From contig DBMR01000052.1 in the NCBI GenBank assembly GCA_002298785.1, forward strand, positions 3,513 to 67,512: a stretch of DNA of 64,000 nt. Reading direction: 5' to 3'. The stretch is from Verrucomicrobia subdivision 3 bacterium UBA693 (GTDB taxonomy: Bacteria; Verrucomicrobiota; Verrucomicrobiia; Limisphaerales; UBA8199). Positions 60,361 through 64,000 of this stretch are shown piece after piece (within the stretch, counting starts at the first letter, position 1; each line of letters starts with the position of its first letter). The position numbers and the translations under genes are program-made. The notes under the pieces were generated by a model, which saw only the letters and a program-made list of their open reading frames with translations, had not been told where the DNA came from and did not search any database.

Positions 60361-61734
60361 TTAACTGCGTGGCCAGAAGCGCATCAGCATACGCTGCGGC
60401 GGTTGTAGCAGCACTTCCCGGAGCAGGTCCTCGAGGCTCGCGGCTTGCGGTTCATCCAGCCGACGCGCCAGCACCAGTGTTACCGCAAACGCCAGCATCG
60501 CACCCCCAAAGAAGATGGTGAAGCGATTCCAGGAAAGCCCCAGGGCGATCCAGGACCGATCTCCCACGGCATCGATAAGGAGTCCCCAGGCCACAGGCGC
60601 GACTCCCAGGGTGACGTTGTTGAGCACCGAATAAATGGCGAAGAAATGGTTGCGGCCCATCGGCGGAACGATGGCCATGGCCAGGCGAGTGTTGGACATC
60701 TGCACCAGGGCGGCAAGCAGGCCCACCAGGAATTGCAGCAGCAACACCGCCAGGAGGCTGGCCGAGAAAGCGCCTCCGGCCATGCACATCCACCCTCCCA
60801 GCGTCGCCACCCAGACGACGAAACAGAAGGTCAACACGGGCTTGCTCCCCAGCCGATCCAGCCTGGAACCCAGGAACCAAAGACTGCTCAGGCCGCCGAT
60901 GAAGGCCATCGAACTGACCAGCAAAATGCGTCCTTCCGGCAAGCCGCCTGCTGACTTTAAGAAGGCGACAATAAACGCGGTCACGCCACCGTAAGCCACA
61001 GACCACGCCACCACCATGTTGAGAAGTTTCTTGAAGGGCGGGTGGCGCAGCATGGCCAGCCACGGCACCGGCCCGCGTGAGGCCCGGACCTCATCGGGGA
61101 TCGGCACATCCGGAATCCGCTTGAGAAAACTCAAGCTGATGGCTCCGGTGACGGCGCTGAAACCGAACAACAAAGCAAATTGCCAGCCTCGCGGAGTGCC
61201 CGAGAGGCAGAGCGCGGCCACGAGGAACGTGAAAAAACTGGCGAAGTTCTGAACGGCGGCATCCCGGGAAAGGTATTTCCCACGCAACGAAGCCGGCACG
61301 AGCGCCGTGATCCAGGGCAACCAGGCGCAACTCGAAATTCCCCGCGAAAGGTTGAAGCAAAACAGCAACACCAGGATCAACGCGAGGCGATTGCGCGGGT
61401 CGAGGAAGAATTCGGTGAGCGGCACCGCCGCCATGGCGAAGATGAACATCACCCGCGTGCCCCAACCGGCGTAAACGAAACGACGGAAACCCAGGCGAGG
61501 GATGTGGCTGGCGGCCGGGATTTGAAAAATCACCAGCAGCGGCATCATGCCGGCGATGATGCCCAGTACTGTGGCGCTGGCTTCCAGGGTCTTGGCATAT
61601 AACACCATGGGACTGCTCAGCACGATCTGGAACGAAAGCGCGTTGAACGCCGAAAATAAATAGGCGTTGTGCAGACCGGGCGGAAACTGCTCTGGTGTCT
61701 CCCCAGCGTTCGGATTAGGCGCGGCTTCGGGCAT
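60361..61734 (-). CDS. MFS transporter
   Basis: About 12 TM helices, LVPASLRGKY, GSRLDRLGSK loop motif. Start uncertain. Confidence 0.88.
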   Translation of the reverse strand: MPEAAPNPNAGETPEQFPPGLHNAYLFSAFNALSFQIVLSSPMVLYAKTLEASATVLGIIAGMMPLLVIFQIPAASHIPRLGFRRFVYAGWGTRVMFIFAMAAVPLTEFFLDPRNRLALILVLLFCFNLSRGISSCAWLPWITALVPASLRGKYLSRDAAVQNFASFFTFLVAALCLSGTPRGWQFALLFGFSAVTGAISLSFLKRIPDVPIPDEVRASRGPVPWLAMLRHPPFKKLLNMVVAWSVAYGGVTAFIVAFLKSAGGLPEGRILLVSSMAFIGGLSSLWFLGSRLDRLGSKPVLTFCFVVWVATLGGWMCMAGGAFSASLLAVLLLQFLVGLLAALVQMSNTRLAMAIVPPMGRNHFFAIYSVLNNVTLGVAPVAWGLLIDAVGDRSWIALGLSWNRFTIFFGGAMLAFAVTLVLARRLDEPQAASLEDLLREVLLQPPQRMLMRFWPRS

Positions 61735-61915
61735 CACACCTGCCCACCGGGCAGGTGCATTACCATAAGCAACTGCGGTCAAAAATGAAATGGAATCCCA
61801 TTCAACCCAGCGGGATCACTTTCATCACGGCTTGGTGAAGACCAGGGACGGTTTCGTTCAATCCCGGCTCTTTATCGGCTTGGCCGGGAGACGAGCCGCA
61901 TGCTAAGCTGTTAGC

Positions 61916-62482
61916 ATGAAGTTCTTCCTCCATCGTTGGCAGCGCTGGTTCGTGCTTGCTGGCCTCACGCTGGTTTTGGCTGGATGTTCGGAATCCAAAC
62001 CACCGGCCGGCAACGTCGAGCCGATGCTGATTCAGCCCCGGGTGGCGGTGGGGAAAGTGCATGCCGGGATGACCGTGGACCAGGTGATCACCGCTATCGG
62101 CGAACCCAAACGTCGAACGCAGACCGCTCTGACCTACCCGGAATATGGACTGGCGGTGATGCACGATCAGCAGGGAAGAATCGTGGCGGTTCTCGGTGGA
62201 GATGTTATGGGTCCCAATGGTCCCTTTGCCGCTGCCTTTGGTGGGCGGACTAAAGAGGGTGTGGGGATGAATTCCACCTCAGAAGAGATCATCGCAGCCT
62301 TTGGAGAACCTGAGGCCCGGGAGAGAACCGGTCCACGCATCGAGTCGATTCGTTATCCGCGTCAGGGGCTGAGCTTCACGCTCGAGCGGAATCGGGTCTA
62401 TCACGTCATCGTGCGCCTGGGAGAAGAAGCGCCGTCCGAAAGCATCACTTTGGATTTGGCGCCACCGGCCGACAAGAAATGA
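61916..62482 (+). CDS. Hypothetical lipoprotein with two internal repeats
   Basis: Lipobox LAGC. GMTVDQVITAIGEP and GMNSTSEEIIAAFGEP are repeated (BamE/BLIP-like pattern). Confidence 0.8.
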   Translation: MKFFLHRWQRWFVLAGLTLVLAGCSESKPPAGNVEPMLIQPRVAVGKVHAGMTVDQVITAIGEPKRRTQTALTYPEYGLAVMHDQQGRIVAVLGGDVMGPNGPFAAAFGGRTKEGVGMNSTSEEIIAAFGEPEARERTGPRIESIRYPRQGLSFTLERNRVYHVIVRLGEEAPSESITLDLAPPADKK

Positions 62483-62530
62483 TGCCGGCCACAATGCGGA
62501 AATGCTGAACCTGGTGCCGGGCAACCCGGT

Positions 62531-63943
62531 TTACTGAGCGTTCGTGGGGAGATTCGCTCCCACGGCGCGGCGCAGCCGGGCCCGGGCCGCGGCGTATTCG
62601 TGCAGGGCCAGCGCCTGTGTGGTGCGCGCGTCGGTGAGTGCCGTCTGCGCTCCCAGCACATCCAGTTGAGTCCCGGTGCCGGCGTCGCTGCGCGCGGTGG
62701 CCAGGCGCAGAGTTTCGTCGGCCGCTTCCAACACCTTTTTTTGCGACTCGAGCACTTCCTTGGCTTCGATGAAGACGGATACCGCCGTGCGCACTTCCAG
62801 CTCGATTTGTCGCCGGGTATTTTCTTGCTCCACGGCGTTGCGGCCGAGGTTTGCGTTGGCCTCGATCACCCGGCCTCGGGTGCTCCCGCCGTCGAACAGG
62901 TCCCAGCTTAACTGCACTCCAGCCATCCAACCGTGCAGGACACGGTCCAGGTCGGTGCTGAATATGGAATTCTTCGCTTCGTAACCTCCGAACGCTTGCA
63001 GGCTGGGTTTGTAACCGGCACGGGCGCTGACCAGGTTTTCTTTCAAGACCGCCCCGGATTTGCGCAGCGCCCCCAGTTCCGGGCGCCGGACCAGGGCCTC
63101 GTTCAGCGCCGTTGGCAAATCGATCTCCAGCGGTTCCGGCGTCAATTTGTCCGAGAGCACGAGCGGGATGTCTTCCGGCGCGTGTTGTGGCACGTCCAAT
63201 CCCAATTGATTAGCGAGGTTGTTTTTGCTGATGCGAAAGAGGTTGCGCGCGCGGATCAGTTTGGGCCGCGCGTTGGCCAGTTCGACTTCGGCGCGCAGAA
63301 CATTGTAACGGGGCACGGTGCCCGCTTCGAGCCGGCGACGCGTATCCAACAGCTCCTGCTCCAGGAGTTTTACCGACGCCTCCTGCACGGTGATCTGTTC
63401 CGCGGCCAGCAGCACGGCATAATAAGCCAGCTCCACGTCCAGCACTGCGTTTGCCAGGGAAGTCTGGTAGTTCAGCATGGCCGCCTGCCGCATCAGTTTC
63501 GCGGCGCGCACGCTGGCGACCATACGGCCTCCCTCATAGATGCTTTGCACGAGTCGGACCCCGGATTGCCAGCTTTGATCATTGCCGAAGGTGAAGCCGG
63601 GGATTGGCAGGGGCGGCTGTTCGACGGCGGAAGGTTGCCGGGCGGCATAATCGCCACCGATCTGGAGCCTGGGCAAGGCGATCGCCCGGGTTTGCAAGAC
63701 TACACCTTCATTGGCTTCTAGATCCTTCCGGGCCTTTTGAATGGAGGGATTGTGCTCCAGGGCGATATTCAACGCATCGCTAAGGCTCAGCGGTTGAGTG
63801 GGAACGGCATTGGTTTGATCCGCCGCGAGTACAGAGAGCGACACACACAGGAATACATAGATCAGCCACCCGGAAATTACCCGTGCGGGACCTTTACCCG
63901 GCCACGTGTCACAAACCGTGTGTCGCTTTACAACCTGTTTCAT
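62531..63943 (-). CDS. TolC-family outer membrane efflux protein
   Basis: LSLSDALNIALEHNPSI, LSWDLFDGG, GTGTQLDVLGAQ and the two-repeat OEP architecture. Start uncertain. Confidence 0.92.
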   Translation of the reverse strand: MKQVVKRHTVCDTWPGKGPARVISGWLIYVFLCVSLSVLAADQTNAVPTQPLSLSDALNIALEHNPSIQKARKDLEANEGVVLQTRAIALPRLQIGGDYAARQPSAVEQPPLPIPGFTFGNDQSWQSGVRLVQSIYEGGRMVASVRAAKLMRQAAMLNYQTSLANAVLDVELAYYAVLLAAEQITVQEASVKLLEQELLDTRRRLEAGTVPRYNVLRAEVELANARPKLIRARNLFRISKNNLANQLGLDVPQHAPEDIPLVLSDKLTPEPLEIDLPTALNEALVRRPELGALRKSGAVLKENLVSARAGYKPSLQAFGGYEAKNSIFSTDLDRVLHGWMAGVQLSWDLFDGGSTRGRVIEANANLGRNAVEQENTRRQIELEVRTAVSVFIEAKEVLESQKKVLEAADETLRLATARSDAGTGTQLDVLGAQTALTDARTTQALALHEYAAARARLRRAVGANLPTNAQ

Positions 63944-64000
63944 TTCTTAGTTGGTTTTCCTGCAGAACCATGGTTTCCCGCCGGTCTCGAGCCGGACGAA

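Overview
A GC-rich (about 60% by eye), gene-dense chromosomal window that looks like Verrucomicrobiota, subdivision 3 / Pedosphaerales-like. This assignment is an inference from the DUF1559-type prepilins, the PVC-type GyrA quinolone-binding segment and the C-terminal domain of the secreted amylase. Most of it is core genome: lepB x2, bioB, gcvP, gyrB-gyrA, waaA, a pilT-family ATPase, argG, yggS, hemW, addB-addA, alkA, thpR and a tolC-family gene. There are also three signalling modules, a large secreted GH13 enzyme and a PQQ/cytochrome c dehydrogenase. I saw no tRNA, rRNA, CRISPR array, transposase or integrase. The most interesting signals are mostly outside the ORF track. (1) At 18140-18332 a sigma70 promoter is followed by a 32-aa leader ORF with mutually exclusive protector, antiterminator and terminator helices, in front of a 112-aa gene of unknown function; the leader has no tandem control codons. 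(2) A LytTR-type 9-bp repeat pair lies in front of a small membrane gene upstream of the LytS/LytTR pair. (3) The BioB lacks the classical auxiliary-cluster ligands. (4) A tightly coupled operon joins a prepilin to an ABC exporter. (5) Unusual fusions: SPFH-HTH, TM-GrpE, RHH-AT-hook and TIM-PQQ-cytochrome c. (6) A candidate structured ncRNA lies between argG and yggS. (7) At least eight genes have leaderless-type promoters. All calls come from motif recognition by eye; no database search was run.
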